Numbered from the stretch's first letter, positions 11,368 through 22,535 are shown. The stretch: DNA of 64,000 nucleotides from Spirochaetota bacterium (GCA_963664815.2 CAXXHB010000003.1:1760001-1824000); one strand, 5' to 3'. The notes: generated from the sequence alone by a model not told the origin. Numbers and translations: made by a program.

Positions 11368-12756
11368 ATGGTAAATGACAAAAAATACATCACTATTAGT
11401 TTGGAAAACCTTAAAAGCAATTTAAATCTTATTCGAATTAATAAAATTCCGGTTTGGCGGAAAAATAAGAGCGGGCAATTCGTTATTATACCACTGGAGA
11501 GACTTGAATATTTTCTTGGTGGTAACGCCCAGAGTGAAATTATTTTTTTTATTACAGAAGAATGGGAAAGAAAAATAAATGACAATAATGCAAGATTGAA
11601 GAAAGAGGCTGTCATAAAAGAGAACAGGCAGGCTGAATCAGGAACCGATTACTATAAACAAAAAAGAATGGAGATCAATAGTATGACTCCGGAGCAGAGA
11701 GATCGTGAGTTTCAGTCAGTTCTAAGTTCGTTGCAGAAAATTGAATCATCAGAGAAAACCATCAGTGAAGATATGCTTGTCAATCTGATTGAAGTGGTAT
11801 CTGACGCATTTATTTTAAATAAAACTTCATTTGAAGAATATTTTGAAGGCAATGAAAATATATCTCACGACCATCTGAAATCTATTGCAAAAAATACAAC
11901 TTCACTTGTTCAGAGTATTATGGGTATATTTAAAAACAACAGCGCGGCAAATAATTTTATAAATATGCTGGGTGAGAAATCGACTGGTTCAACAATTGAT
12001 CATATGAATTCTGTATTTCTGATTTTTCTTCCATTCTGTTTTTTTTATAACTCATATTTTTCAAAGGGTAAAATCGCACGGATAAGATCTGATTATAAAA
12101 CAAAATATTACAGATATTATGAAAAACTTGTTCCGAATAATCCTCCTGAAAGCCTTGAAGATGTTTTCAACGGCGGGATGAGGGAGATACCTGTAGATAA
12201 ACTGCTGCAGATAAGTATAGGGGCACTGTTACACGACATAGGTAAAATAGATAACATTGACTATTTTGAGGGAACCGGGGCATATGATAAAAAAATAATA
12301 ATGAAACATGCTCCGATCAGTTATAATATGATAGTAAAAACGCGGGAATTTGATTCCGAGATAGCATTGCTGGCTGCACTTCATCATGAATATTATAATG
12401 ATGCTACCGGGTATGGAATTTCAAAAATACTGTTTCCTGAAAATTCAAGAAAATATAGATTACCGCAATACTGTATGACATATGATATTGCAGATCTTAA
12501 AAATGGCCGCGCACTGGCATATGTTCCGATTAAAATTCTTGAGATTATTGATGTCTTTGATGCTCTTACGGATAAAAACAGAAGATACAGGGAGAAAGAA
12601 TTCTCAATTGATGAAGCGCTTGAGTTAATGAAAACAAATTTTATCGATAAAAACATTAAAATAGATCCCATACTGTTTACAATTTTTCTCGATTATATAA
12701 ATACTCATTCGATTATAAAGGATAAATCGTTGTTAGAAAGGGTGATGTTAAAATAA
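11368..12756 (+). CDS. HD-GYP-like metal-dependent phosphohydrolase
   Basis: LLHDIGK, HHEYYNDATGYG and IDVFDALT. Confidence 0.82.
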   Translation: MVNDKKYITISLENLKSNLNLIRINKIPVWRKNKSGQFVIIPLERLEYFLGGNAQSEIIFFITEEWERKINDNNARLKKEAVIKENRQAESGTDYYKQKRMEINSMTPEQRDREFQSVLSSLQKIESSEKTISEDMLVNLIEVVSDAFILNKTSFEEYFEGNENISHDHLKSIAKNTTSLVQSIMGIFKNNSAANNFINMLGEKSTGSTIDHMNSVFLIFLPFCFFYNSYFSKGKIARIRSDYKTKYYRYYEKLVPNNPPESLEDVFNGGMREIPVDKLLQISIGALLHDIGKIDNIDYFEGTGAYDKKIIMKHAPISYNMIVKTREFDSEIALLAALHHEYYNDATGYGISKILFPENSRKYRLPQYCMTYDIADLKNGRALAYVPIKILEIIDVFDALTDKNRRYREKEFSIDEALELMKTNFIDKNIKIDPILFTIFLDYINTHSIIKDKSLLERVMLK

Positions 12757-12772
12757 CTATCAGGGAAAGATT

Positions 12773-13885
12773 TTGAATAGTTTTGAATCAGTTAAACTTG
12801 TACTCTACCGTGAAAATGATTTGAAGTATCCGGTTGCTTCAAGAATTCTTGATGAATCAATAAAAAAGAAAATTCAGACAGAGAGGTTTAATAATGATGA
12901 TGATCTTTCGTCTAAACTGGTGGATTTAAAAAAAAAGTATAATTCCAAAGAGATAGTAATTCTCAGGGAATTTATGGGGAGAAAATTTCAGAAATGCCCC
13001 GGTTCGCCGGGTGTTATATGCTGTAACTATTACCTGCTTAATACATGTTTTAACTGTCTGTTTAATTGTACTTACTGTTTTTTAAATTCCTATCTTAATT
13101 CCTATGGTATTGTTCAATTTGTAAACCTCGATGATCTGACTGAACTGATTAAGGCACATTGCCTTGACGCCGGTAAAGCAGTCAGAATAGGTACAGGGGA
13201 ATTTACTGATTCGCTGATGTTTGATGAAGTAACATCCATTGCCTCTCAATTGATTGAAACTACATCGGATATACCAAACCTGTTTCTTGAATTTAAAACA
13301 AAATCATCACGCATAAATCACCTGAAAGATATCAGAAATAAAGGTAATACTGTCCTTGCATGGAGTGTTAATACCCAGAAGAATATTGACCTTTACGAAG
13401 AAGGAGCATCCGGTATCATAGAGAGGATTGATGCAGCTGCTGAAGCTCAATGCTGGGGGTATAATACCGCGTTTCATTTCGATCCAATAATCATGCATGA
13501 TAATTTTCTGGATGAATATTTCAAAGTCATTGAGATGATGGCCGGGAAACTTGATGCTTCGAAAGTTATATGGATATCGCTGGGATGTTTCAGGTACAGT
13601 CAGGGATTTAAAGAGATAATAAAAAATTCATTTCCAGCAGAGCGACTGACAACTGCAGAGATGTTTCCGGGACGTGACGGTAAATACCGTTATCTGGCGC
13701 CGGAAAGAACTGAGATATTTAAAAGATTTAAAGAAAAAATTGAAATTCATTTCCCGGATGTTTTTATATATCTATGTATGGAGGATAGTGAAATCTGGTA
13801 TAAAGTTTTCTCAAAAGACTACAATAAATCTGATGATTTAGAAAATGATTTTAATATTTATTTACAGGAAAATTTCATGAAATAA
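12773..13885 (+). CDS. Spore photoproduct lyase-like radical SAM protein
   Basis: CLFNCTYCFL, GTGEFTDSL, LEFKTKS, FHFDPII and YLCME. Confidence 0.85.
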   Translation: MNSFESVKLVLYRENDLKYPVASRILDESIKKKIQTERFNNDDDLSSKLVDLKKKYNSKEIVILREFMGRKFQKCPGSPGVICCNYYLLNTCFNCLFNCTYCFLNSYLNSYGIVQFVNLDDLTELIKAHCLDAGKAVRIGTGEFTDSLMFDEVTSIASQLIETTSDIPNLFLEFKTKSSRINHLKDIRNKGNTVLAWSVNTQKNIDLYEEGASGIIERIDAAAEAQCWGYNTAFHFDPIIMHDNFLDEYFKVIEMMAGKLDASKVIWISLGCFRYSQGFKEIIKNSFPAERLTTAEMFPGRDGKYRYLAPERTEIFKRFKEKIEIHFPDVFIYLCMEDSEIWYKVFSKDYNKSDDLENDFNIYLQENFMK

Positions 13886-14083
13886 TATTTACATTCAATG
13901 TTAATTCTTTAACATATACAGGTTTAAAATAAATTGTTAAATATCTATGCTGCTAAAGACGATGTGGTGGATGAAAAAACATTTTATAATATAAAAGGTT
14001 CAGGGATTATTATTGATTTACATTAAATATTATAGTATAAATATGTCTTATAACCAGGATTTGAATATGGGGGATATTAAAAC

Positions 14084-15196
14084 TTGCAGATTAGTGATGT
14101 TAAGGAAAACCAGAGAGAATTGAATCAGCTGATTATAAAAATTAATGAATTATATGATTCAATTGGAATTGAAAAACTGATTTTTAAGCTTTCAGAAATG
14201 GAATTACTGGCGCAGAATGATGAAACATGGAAAGATCAGGTAAAATTTACTGAATTGAACCAGGAAATAAGTAAAATTAAAAGAAAAATTGACCCATGGA
14301 TATCAATTAAAAGAGAAACTGAAGAATCAATTGAACTGATAGAGATGGCTTTTGCAGAAAATGATGCTGAATTATATTCTGAGATTTCATCAAATATTAA
14401 ACTTCTTGATGAAAAATTTACCGCGCTTGAAACAAAAGAACTGCTTTCTGATAACGACGATATAAAAGACGCATTTATAACAATACATCCGGGAGCCGGT
14501 GGTACCGAATCGCAGGATTGGGCAAGTATGCTTTTTAAAATGTATACACGATGGGGGGAGAAAAACGGATTCTCCATTGAATATATAGATTATACACAGG
14601 GTGATGAAGCGGGAATAAAAAGCGGAACCATCCTTGTGAAGGGAGAATATGCTTATGGCCTTCTGAAAGGGGAAACAGGAGTTCACAGACTTGTGAGAAT
14701 CTCACCTTTTGATGCCAATAAGAGAAGGCATACATCTTTTGCTTCGGTTGAGGTTCTTCCGGATATTGATGAAACAATTGAAATTGATATAAATGAAAAT
14801 GATCTGAAAATAGATACATACAGGGCTTCGGGAGCAGGGGGGCAGCATGTAAATAAAACCGATTCCGCTGTAAGAATTACTCACCTTCCAACAGGAATTG
14901 TAGTGCAGTGTCAGAACGAAAGATCCCAGCATAAAAACAAGGCTTTTGCCATGAAGGTGTTGAAAGCCCGTATTTATGACCGCTACCAGGCTGAACAGAA
15001 TGAAAAGAAGCTTGATTTTGTCGGTGAGAAAAAAGATATTTCATGGGGCAACCAGATAAGGTCATATGTTTTTCAGCCATATACTCTTGTAAAAGACCAC
15101 AGAACTGGTGAAGAAACGGGGAGTGTTGATTTTGTTTTTGATGGAGAGCTTAACAGGTTTTTATATGCATACCTGAAAAGTAAAAAGAATTCATAA
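14084..15196 (+). CDS. prfB: Peptide chain release factor 2, continuous ORF
   Basis: GGTESQDW, SPF motif (RISPFD), GGQ and WGNQIRSY. Confidence 0.96.
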   Translation: MQISDVKENQRELNQLIIKINELYDSIGIEKLIFKLSEMELLAQNDETWKDQVKFTELNQEISKIKRKIDPWISIKRETEESIELIEMAFAENDAELYSEISSNIKLLDEKFTALETKELLSDNDDIKDAFITIHPGAGGTESQDWASMLFKMYTRWGEKNGFSIEYIDYTQGDEAGIKSGTILVKGEYAYGLLKGETGVHRLVRISPFDANKRRHTSFASVEVLPDIDETIEIDINENDLKIDTYRASGAGGQHVNKTDSAVRITHLPTGIVVQCQNERSQHKNKAFAMKVLKARIYDRYQAEQNEKKLDFVGEKKDISWGNQIRSYVFQPYTLVKDHRTGEETGSVDFVFDGELNRFLYAYLKSKKNS

Positions 15197-15209
15197 ATGG
15201 AGATATTAA

Positions 15210-16139
15210 TTGTTCTGGAATTCTGACATTTTTAAAAACTGGAAGTCATCAAAAATTAAGAATATACGTTTTGATGACTTGTTTGAGTTTGATAAAAATG
15301 ATATTGATCTGTCAGATTCAATCGATTTTATACCGGATCTCTCCGGTTCAGAAAAATTTTTTCTGGGCAGGTTCACATGTGAGAATCTCCATACTTTAAT
15401 TGATAAAATTGGTCTTACCAGCCAACTGAAACAGATGGGTTTTGAAAATCTGATTATTGACATAGACGTAGATCAGAATTGTATTAATTATATGAAGCTG
15501 TACTGGGATGAAAGAATCCCATCCAGGCAGCTTCTGGATTTAAGATTAAGCGAAACATCTTTTATACCTGATAAAAAATTTTTTGAAACAGATGTTCAGG
15601 TAACACCGTATAGTATGGTCGCAATAGAATGGCTGTCTGCAAAAAATCCGTTACGTAAATTTGACAGTAAAAAACCGCAGCTTCCGGGACAGACTTGTCC
15701 GGGTCTCGGAGTCCTTGAATATATTTTTGATATGCTTCATTTAATGACCAAACTTGTTTTTAAAGATGGATTTATGGATATCCCGGATCATATGTATGGA
15801 GCGATTATGTATTCCAAAAAATATAAATTCTTTGATCCGACACATGAGGGGATCATACGGGCTGTTGAACGTGATATGAAAAAGCACTCATTATCCGACA
15901 TATCATGGGGGGTGCTTACCGGGACTATTATTGATTTAAGCACGGGTAAGCCTGCGGTTTATGATCCGTCAGAACAGATTTACTCAGTATCGGTAAGAAT
16001 GAAAAGATATTTTGAGTCTGAAAAATATAACAGCACATTCCGGAAGTATTATGAAAAAAAGAAATATTTTCTTGATTATAACGAAATGTTGAAAAGAAGA
16101 GAGCTTATACTTCAGTTTAAGAATGTTGAAGATCTTTAG
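15210..16139 (+). CDS. Conserved hypothetical protein
   Basis: 309-aa ORF after GGAG; PQLPGQxxPGLG motif. Confidence 0.7.
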   Translation: MFWNSDIFKNWKSSKIKNIRFDDLFEFDKNDIDLSDSIDFIPDLSGSEKFFLGRFTCENLHTLIDKIGLTSQLKQMGFENLIIDIDVDQNCINYMKLYWDERIPSRQLLDLRLSETSFIPDKKFFETDVQVTPYSMVAIEWLSAKNPLRKFDSKKPQLPGQTCPGLGVLEYIFDMLHLMTKLVFKDGFMDIPDHMYGAIMYSKKYKFFDPTHEGIIRAVERDMKKHSLSDISWGVLTGTIIDLSTGKPAVYDPSEQIYSVSVRMKRYFESEKYNSTFRKYYEKKKYFLDYNEMLKRRELILQFKNVEDL

Positions 16140-16590
16140 GAATTACAATTTTTAATTTATTCATACGCTCCAGTTCGATAATATCTGTTTTTAAATCTTT
16201 CTGTTTTTTTTCCATAAAGATGAGATTCTGTTTTTTCAGGGCAATTATTCTATTAATAATCACTTCATGCAGTAAAATCTCGTTCCTGTATTTCATTATC
16301 AGAAATTCAGAGGTATGGAAACCTTCCCTGAATACTTTATTCATATCAAAATTATATTTACGGTTTATTTCATCTTTAATCTGAGAAATATTGTAGTCTT
16401 CAATATTGATTTCATCAATCAGTGAAGTTTGTGTTTCAATGATTATCAGAATATCATCTTCGGCATCATTTCTGTTTTTAAGAAAATCTGCTGTCGCCTT
16501 TTCATTTTCCAGGAGTAAATTAAGAAGCTTTTTCCTGGAATCCAGGTGTAATAAAAGATCATTAAACAGATCTTTTACATCATCCCTCAA
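16117..16590 (-). CDS. Helical hypothetical protein, possible FlgN/FliT-like flagellar chaperone
   Basis: Coiled-coil composition; overlaps the fliS stop. Confidence 0.5.
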   Translation of the reverse strand: MRDDVKDLFNDLLLHLDSRKKLLNLLLENEKATADFLKNRNDAEDDILIIIETQTSLIDEINIEDYNISQIKDEINRKYNFDMNKVFREGFHTSEFLIMKYRNEILLHEVIINRIIALKKQNLIFMEKKQKDLKTDIIELERMNKLKIVIPKDLQHS

Positions 16591-17011
16591 TACTGAAACT
16601 CCCCTTTGAGCCTATATTAATATTTTTATCAGATCTTGCCTCGTTGGATGATATCTGGTCCCATGCGTCTCTTAATTCCTTTAACAATTTAAGGACATGA
16701 TTTATAATTTCAGCATCTTTCTTAATATTAGCTTCAAGAAGCTGCCTTTTAAAATACATATAGAGGTTGAAAAGATTTTGTGAAATATCACCACCTTCGT
16801 CCATATTGAGAGAAAGGAGTAATTCGGTAATGATATCCTGTGCCTTGATGATGTTGTTATTTACAACATCGTAGCTTTTGGGCGACATATTATCCAGGGC
16901 GATATTGAGAAATTTTATAGCTCCATCATAAAGCATTACAATCAGTTTACCCTGATTTGCAGTTGTTATCTGAGTCTGTTTATATTGATTGTACGGGTTA
17001 GTATTTGGCAC
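16580..17011 (-). CDS. fliS: Flagellar export chaperone FliS
   Basis: TANQGKLIVMLYDGAI, KAQDIITEL, NLFNLYMY and LRDAW. Confidence 0.95.
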   Translation of the reverse strand: MPNTNPYNQYKQTQITTANQGKLIVMLYDGAIKFLNIALDNMSPKSYDVVNNNIIKAQDIITELLLSLNMDEGGDISQNLFNLYMYFKRQLLEANIKKDAEIINHVLKLLKELRDAWDQISSNEARSDKNINIGSKGSFSIEG

Positions 17012-17177
17012 TTACGGGCTCCAATTCTCTTATTTTATATATATGTTTATTATCGTATTAAATTGTTGCTAACTTTACTTGATTAAATAACCGGATTGCA
17101 GCAAAATTTAATTTTTACAACAGCGCCAGATTTTATTAATTATACGTCATTTATTTAAATTTTGACTGATATCAGGT

Positions 17178-18062
17178 TTAACTGAAAACATTTTCAATTT
17201 TTAACAGAATTTCATGGTATTTTTCATAAGTTTTGTTAATAATTTCCTCCGGAAGCGGTGGGGGGGGAGAGTTTTTATCCCACTCGGTTGTGTCAATATA
17301 ATCCCGAATAAACTGTTTATCGTAGCTTACAGGTGATATTCCTGTTTTATAAAGCTTGCCATCCCAGAATCTTGAACTGTCAGGAGTCATAACTTCATCT
17401 ATAAGAATTATCTCGCCATTGTCATAGCCGAATTCCAGCTTTGTGTCCGCGAGAATAATTCCGGTAGTTATAAGCTTATCTCTTCCGAACTCATAGATTT
17501 TTTTTGTGATTTCAGAAAGATATTCCGAATCTTTTTCTCCAATATTTTTTTTCATAAAATCAATGGAAATGTTCATATCATGACCGGTATCTTCTTTGGT
17601 CGCCGGGGTGAAAAGTGTTTCAGAGAATTTTTCTGCCAGTTTGAGACCGGAAGGGAGCTTAATACCGGAAATCTCACCCTTCTCCTTATATTCCTTCCAG
17701 CCGCCACCTATAATATAACCCCTGGCGACGCATTCGAAATCTATCCTTTCGGTCTTTTTTACTATGATAGATCTGTCTTTGAATATTTCAGGGTATTGTG
17801 AGTAAGGCTTGGGGAAATTATTAAAGTTGTCTTCTGCTATATGATTTCTGATAAATCCGATATGCTTAAACCATATGTTGGATATTTTATTGAGAATTAT
17901 ACCTTTGCCGGCTATCCCATTGGGGAAAATGTAATCGAAAGCAGAGATTCGATCTGTCGATACAATAAGCATATGCTTTTCATCAACAGGGAAGAGGTCT
18001 CTTACTTTGCCCTGGTATATTTTTTTAACTTCAGGAATTTCTATGGAAACTAACGGTTTCAT
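17178..18062 (-). CDS. purC: SAICAR synthetase
   Basis: GKVRD, DRISAFD, ADTKLEFG, DEVMTPDSSRFW and DKQF. Confidence 0.96.
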   Translation of the reverse strand: MKPLVSIEIPEVKKIYQGKVRDLFPVDEKHMLIVSTDRISAFDYIFPNGIAGKGIILNKISNIWFKHIGFIRNHIAEDNFNNFPKPYSQYPEIFKDRSIIVKKTERIDFECVARGYIIGGGWKEYKEKGEISGIKLPSGLKLAEKFSETLFTPATKEDTGHDMNISIDFMKKNIGEKDSEYLSEITKKIYEFGRDKLITTGIILADTKLEFGYDNGEIILIDEVMTPDSSRFWDGKLYKTGISPVSYDKQFIRDYIDTTEWDKNSPPPPLPEEIINKTYEKYHEILLKIENVFS

Positions 18063-18072
18063 ATTTTCTCCA

Positions 18073-19512
18073 TTACTGGTTTAATTTTTTAAGCAGCAGT
18101 TCATTTACAACCTGTGGATTTGCCTTTCCTTTTGATTCTCGCATAATCTGTCCGACAAGGAAACCCAGAGCTTTCTCTTTACCATTTTTATAATCGGTAA
18201 CCGACTGGGAATTGTTTTTCAATACAACATCTATTATTCCTTCAATTTCAGATGAATCACTTACCTGTACAAGACCTTTTTCATCAATTATTTTTTGCGG
18301 TGCTTCTCCGGTTTCAACCATATGTTTAAAAACAGTTTTAGCGATTTTACCGCTGATTGTATTATTATCAATTAATTTAAGAAGAGCGGCAATATCTGAA
18401 GGTTTTACAGTGAAACTGAAAATCATTTCAGGATCTTCAATCTGTGCCAGAAGTTCACTTGAAATCCAGTTTGATGCTTTTTTAGGATTAGCTCCCATGG
18501 AAACCGTTTCCTCATAATAGTCTGCAAGCTGTTTAACAGATGTAAGTATATCGGCGTCGTAATCGGACAGACTGTATTCGCGGGTGAATCGCGCTTTTTT
18601 CTCATCAGGCAGTTCCGGGAGTTGTCTCCTGAGGTTTTCAACAAAGTCTTTTGTAATAATTATCGGAGGGAGGTCGGGATCGGGAAAATACCTGTAATCG
18701 TGAGCATCCTCTTTTGATCTCATACTGTATGTTTCCTGGCGTTCTGCGTCCCACAGGCGTGTTTCCTGGATAATAAGGCTTTTTTCTCCGGATTCAATCA
18801 GTGATTTCTGTCGCTCGTATTCATAACTTATTGCTGATTTAACGGCTTTAAACGAATTGAGGTTTTTCACTTCAACCTTTTCGCCGAATTGTGGTTCGCC
18901 AACTTCGCGAACGGAAATGTTAACATCACATCTGAGGCTTCCTTCCTCCATGTTCGCGTCTGATACATTTATATATTTAATTATTGATTTTATTTTTGTC
19001 AGATAATTATAGGCTTCATCACCGGATCTCATATCCGGTTCGGATACAATTTCTGCAAGTGGTACTCCTGTACGGTTCAGATCAACAAATGATACACTGT
19101 TGGCAAAATCATCTGAATGTATAAGCTTTCCGGCATCCTCTTCAAGGTGGAGCCTTGTTATTCCGATTTTTTTTGTTACACCATCTGATAAAATATTTAT
19201 GTATCCGTTTTTACAGACAGGTTTGTCGTATTGAGAAATCTGGTATGCCTTTGGAAGATCAGGGTAAAAATAATTCTTTCTGTCAAATTTACTGTAATCT
19301 GATATGTCACAATTAAGTGCAAGACCGGCTAATACTCCCTTTTTCAGGACATTCTCGTTAAGTACAGGGAGTACTCCGGGCATTCCTGTGCAGACAGGAC
19401 AGGTCTGGCTGTTCGGTTCGGCGCCGAATTTTGTGGAGCATCCGCAGAAAATTTTTGATTCAGTATTAAGCTGGACATGCACTTCAAGCCCAATTACAGA
19501 TTCATATTGCAT
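18073..19512 (-). CDS. gatB: Asp/Glu-tRNA amidotransferase subunit B
   Basis: IGLEVHVQL, FDRKNYFYPDLPK, HLEEDAGK and YRYFPDPDL. Confidence 0.97.
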   Translation of the reverse strand: MQYESVIGLEVHVQLNTESKIFCGCSTKFGAEPNSQTCPVCTGMPGVLPVLNENVLKKGVLAGLALNCDISDYSKFDRKNYFYPDLPKAYQISQYDKPVCKNGYINILSDGVTKKIGITRLHLEEDAGKLIHSDDFANSVSFVDLNRTGVPLAEIVSEPDMRSGDEAYNYLTKIKSIIKYINVSDANMEEGSLRCDVNISVREVGEPQFGEKVEVKNLNSFKAVKSAISYEYERQKSLIESGEKSLIIQETRLWDAERQETYSMRSKEDAHDYRYFPDPDLPPIIITKDFVENLRRQLPELPDEKKARFTREYSLSDYDADILTSVKQLADYYEETVSMGANPKKASNWISSELLAQIEDPEMIFSFTVKPSDIAALLKLIDNNTISGKIAKTVFKHMVETGEAPQKIIDEKGLVQVSDSSEIEGIIDVVLKNNSQSVTDYKNGKEKALGFLVGQIMRESKGKANPQVVNELLLKKLNQ

Positions 19513-19821
19513 ATATCCCCCGGTTGTTTTAAAATACAATTAAGTTTAAAAAAATATTTAATAGAGCCCGACGATCTGTCGGAAATATAAGTCAATTTTG
19601 TTGACATTACAGTTAAAAAATTACTATTGATTATTATATCTGATTTTATAATGGATCAGTTTGTATTATTTTTTGTCAAGTAAACCAGTATTTATTAGTA
19701 AAACTATTTTTTGAAAATTTACAGGGTAACATTTATTATGCATTTTTGTATATTTACATAAGCAGTTTTACGGTAAGGTTCAGCATATGTTATTGACCTG
19801 AAGGATTGTAAAATATTATTA

Positions 19822-20265
19822 ATGATTAATATGAATATGGCCGGGAAAATGAAATTTATAAAAGATTTTTATATATTGATTATATTTATAACAATTACAG
19901 GTGTGGTGGCTGGTAAACTGACCGGAGATTATATTCTCGCCTCGGCGTTAAGGGGTAATATCACATTTCTGACATTTATTTTCTCCCCATCACAAAGTTT
20001 TATTGAAACTCATTCGCTAATAAATGAAAGCGATGACTATAAAAGGCTTGCAGGTTACTATGCTTATAAAGAATCAGGTCTGATTGATCCTGAATTTTTA
20101 CTGGAGAGATATAAAAATGAAGATTCAGATATTATTAAAAATGTTATTATCTGGATTGTTGAAGAAAATTCCGGTAAAGAAAAACTAGTGGACTTTTATA
20201 AGAAAATCTATAATTTAAGTCCGGAAAGTATCAAAAAAAAATTAATTTCAAAAATCGAAAAATAA
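19822..20265 (+). CDS. Hypothetical membrane-anchored protein
   Basis: N-terminal TM helix; first of a run of co-oriented genes. Confidence 0.55.
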   Translation: MINMNMAGKMKFIKDFYILIIFITITGVVAGKLTGDYILASALRGNITFLTFIFSPSQSFIETHSLINESDDYKRLAGYYAYKESGLIDPEFLLERYKNEDSDIIKNVIIWIVEENSGKEKLVDFYKKIYNLSPESIKKKLISKIEK

Positions 20266-20286
20266 ACTCTTCTGAAGGTGTTTTAT

Positions 20287-20649
20287 ATGAAAAAATTAAA
20301 ATTATTTGCGGTTGTATCTCTGATGCTGGCTATAGCTTCATGTTCTGTTGATCCCGGGATGAAAGTAAAATCGATGCCTGTAATTATAAGTGAAGGTTTT
20401 ACCAGCGAAACTGAATACGAAGTAGTGTGTATCGGCTATCCGAAGGATGGACTTACAGGTCTTCAGAAAGAATTAACCGCGAAAGAAGCGGCGGTTATTA
20501 ATGCTCAGTATTATTTAAAAAACAAATTTGATGATACAATACGTCCTGAAATGGATGGGGATGTTGCAGATTTTAAAATGGTTGATGATCATGCGCAGAT
20601 AAAATATGTATTAAAGAAAAGTGATCTGAAAAAGAGATTAAAAAAATAA
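20287..20649 (+). CDS. Hypothetical lipoprotein
   Basis: MKKLKLFAVVSLMLAIASC lipobox. Confidence 0.7.
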   Translation: MKKLKLFAVVSLMLAIASCSVDPGMKVKSMPVIISEGFTSETEYEVVCIGYPKDGLTGLQKELTAKEAAVINAQYYLKNKFDDTIRPEMDGDVADFKMVDDHAQIKYVLKKSDLKKRLKK

Positions 20650-20683
20650 TATTTAAATAAACAGGGATTTAATGTTATAAGCT

Positions 20684-21940
20684 ATGGAACAGGAAAACAA
20701 TTCTTACATCGAAGAGATATGCAGGGGGGCTCAAACTGCCTCTAAAACCATTTCCACTATGTCAACACTTGACAAAAACCGGATTCTGAGGAAGATAGCA
20801 GAGAAGCTGCGTGAGAAAAAAGAACAGATAATACAGGAAAACGACAGGGACCTGAGTGATGCAAAAAAGAGTTCTCTCTCCAGCGCTTTTTATGACAGGC
20901 TGCTCCTTGATGATAAAAGGATTGAAGCTATGGCTGTGTCTGTTGAGGAAATTGCCATGCTTGAAGATCCAATCGGTAAAATAAGCAATATGAAAAGCCG
21001 CCCGTCAGGAATCAGGGTGGGACAGATGAGAGTTCCTCTTGGTGTTGTTGCTGTTATATATGAATCGAGACCGAATGTGACAATAGATATAGCTGCCCTC
21101 TGTATAAAATCTGGGAATTCCGTGATTTTGAGGGGTGGGGAGGAGTCTGTCTATTCCAATATCTGTCTGAGTAATATTGTAAGAAGCGCTATTGCTGAAT
21201 TTAATCACGACCCGAATATCGTTATATTCATGAATAAATTAAACAGGTCTCTTGTGCCCATGCTTTTGAAGAGGGATGATGCAATTGATATAGTCATTCC
21301 ACGCGGTGGAGAAGGTTTAATTAAGATGGTGGTGGAGGAATCGAAAGTCCCGGTAATAAGACATGAGAAAGGCGTATGCCACCTTTTTATTGATGAAACT
21401 GCGGAAAAGGATATGGCGGAACGTATTGCAATAAACGGCAAGGTTCAGAGGCCGGGAGTTTGTAATGCCATTGAAACACTGCTGATTCATGAAAACTATC
21501 CATATAAGGAGAGCCTGATCAATGTCCTTCTGAACAGCAATGTTGAAATCAGGGGTTGTGAAAAGCTCATGGAAATACATCCCAGGGATATAGTCATGGC
21601 AACTGAAGATGACTGGTCGAAGGAATATCTTGATCTGATAATTTCAGTAAAAATTGTAGAATCTTTTGAAGAGGCTGTTAAGCATATCTCTGTTTACAGT
21701 TCGGGACATACTGAGGCTATTATTACATCCGATTATTTTAAAGCGGAAAGGTTTATGAAGGAAGTGGATTCATCGGCAGTTTTTCTCAATGCATCAACCA
21801 GGTTTCATGACGGGGGGGAGTTCGGCCTCGGTGCAGAAGTCGGCATATCCACGCAAAAGCTTCACGCAAGGGGTGTAATGGGAATTGAAGGTTTAACAAC
21901 TCTGAAATATGTAGTTTATGGTAATGGTGAAATCAGATAG
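20684..21940 (+). CDS. proA: Gamma-glutamyl phosphate reductase
   Basis: VPLGVVAVIYESRPNVT, CNAIETLL and GFGLGAE-like/ISTQKLHARG. Confidence 0.96.
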   Translation: MEQENNSYIEEICRGAQTASKTISTMSTLDKNRILRKIAEKLREKKEQIIQENDRDLSDAKKSSLSSAFYDRLLLDDKRIEAMAVSVEEIAMLEDPIGKISNMKSRPSGIRVGQMRVPLGVVAVIYESRPNVTIDIAALCIKSGNSVILRGGEESVYSNICLSNIVRSAIAEFNHDPNIVIFMNKLNRSLVPMLLKRDDAIDIVIPRGGEGLIKMVVEESKVPVIRHEKGVCHLFIDETAEKDMAERIAINGKVQRPGVCNAIETLLIHENYPYKESLINVLLNSNVEIRGCEKLMEIHPRDIVMATEDDWSKEYLDLIISVKIVESFEEAVKHISVYSSGHTEAIITSDYFKAERFMKEVDSSAVFLNASTRFHDGGEFGLGAEVGISTQKLHARGVMGIEGLTTLKYVVYGNGEIR

Positions 21941-22535
21941 AATAAAAAAAATTGGAATATTCGGGGGGACATTTAATCCAATACATCACGGGCATTTAAT
22001 AAATATTGAATTAGTAAAAGAAAACTTTCAGCTTGATCTGATACTTTTAATCCCGGCGAAAATACCGGTTCACAAGAAGATTGAGGACAGCATCTCTCCA
22101 TATGACCGATATAAGATGGTTGAGCTTGCTGTTGCCGGGGTTGACACCCTGGAAATATCTGATTTAGAGCTTAAGAGAGATTCCGCTTCATATACAATAA
22201 CCACGCTTGAAGAATTAAAATCAATTTATCCGGACTCGGAACTTTTTTTAATAATCGGATCGGATTCATTTAATGAACTTGACACATGGAAGGAATACAA
22301 AAAAATACTTAAAAATTATGCGTTAATTGTTTTGCAGAGACCGGGGGATATCCTTTTGCGGAAGGATATACAGTCGCTGGCGACTAAAGTGGAATTTTAT
22401 AATGAATCTATGATAGATATAAGCTCAACTATGATAAGAGAACGGGTAAGAAAAGGATTATCGATAAGATATTTAACCACAGACAGCGTCATAAACTTTA
22501 TCAGGGATAAGGGGTTGTACAAAATTGAACAATAA
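21918..22535 (+). CDS. nadD: Nicotinate-nucleotide adenylyltransferase
   Basis: GGTFNPIHHGH, SYTITT and ISSTMIR. Confidence 0.95.
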   Translation: MVMVKSDRIKKIGIFGGTFNPIHHGHLINIELVKENFQLDLILLIPAKIPVHKKIEDSISPYDRYKMVELAVAGVDTLEISDLELKRDSASYTITTLEELKSIYPDSELFLIIGSDSFNELDTWKEYKKILKNYALIVLQRPGDILLRKDIQSLATKVEFYNESMIDISSTMIRERVRKGLSIRYLTTDSVINFIRDKGLYKIEQ

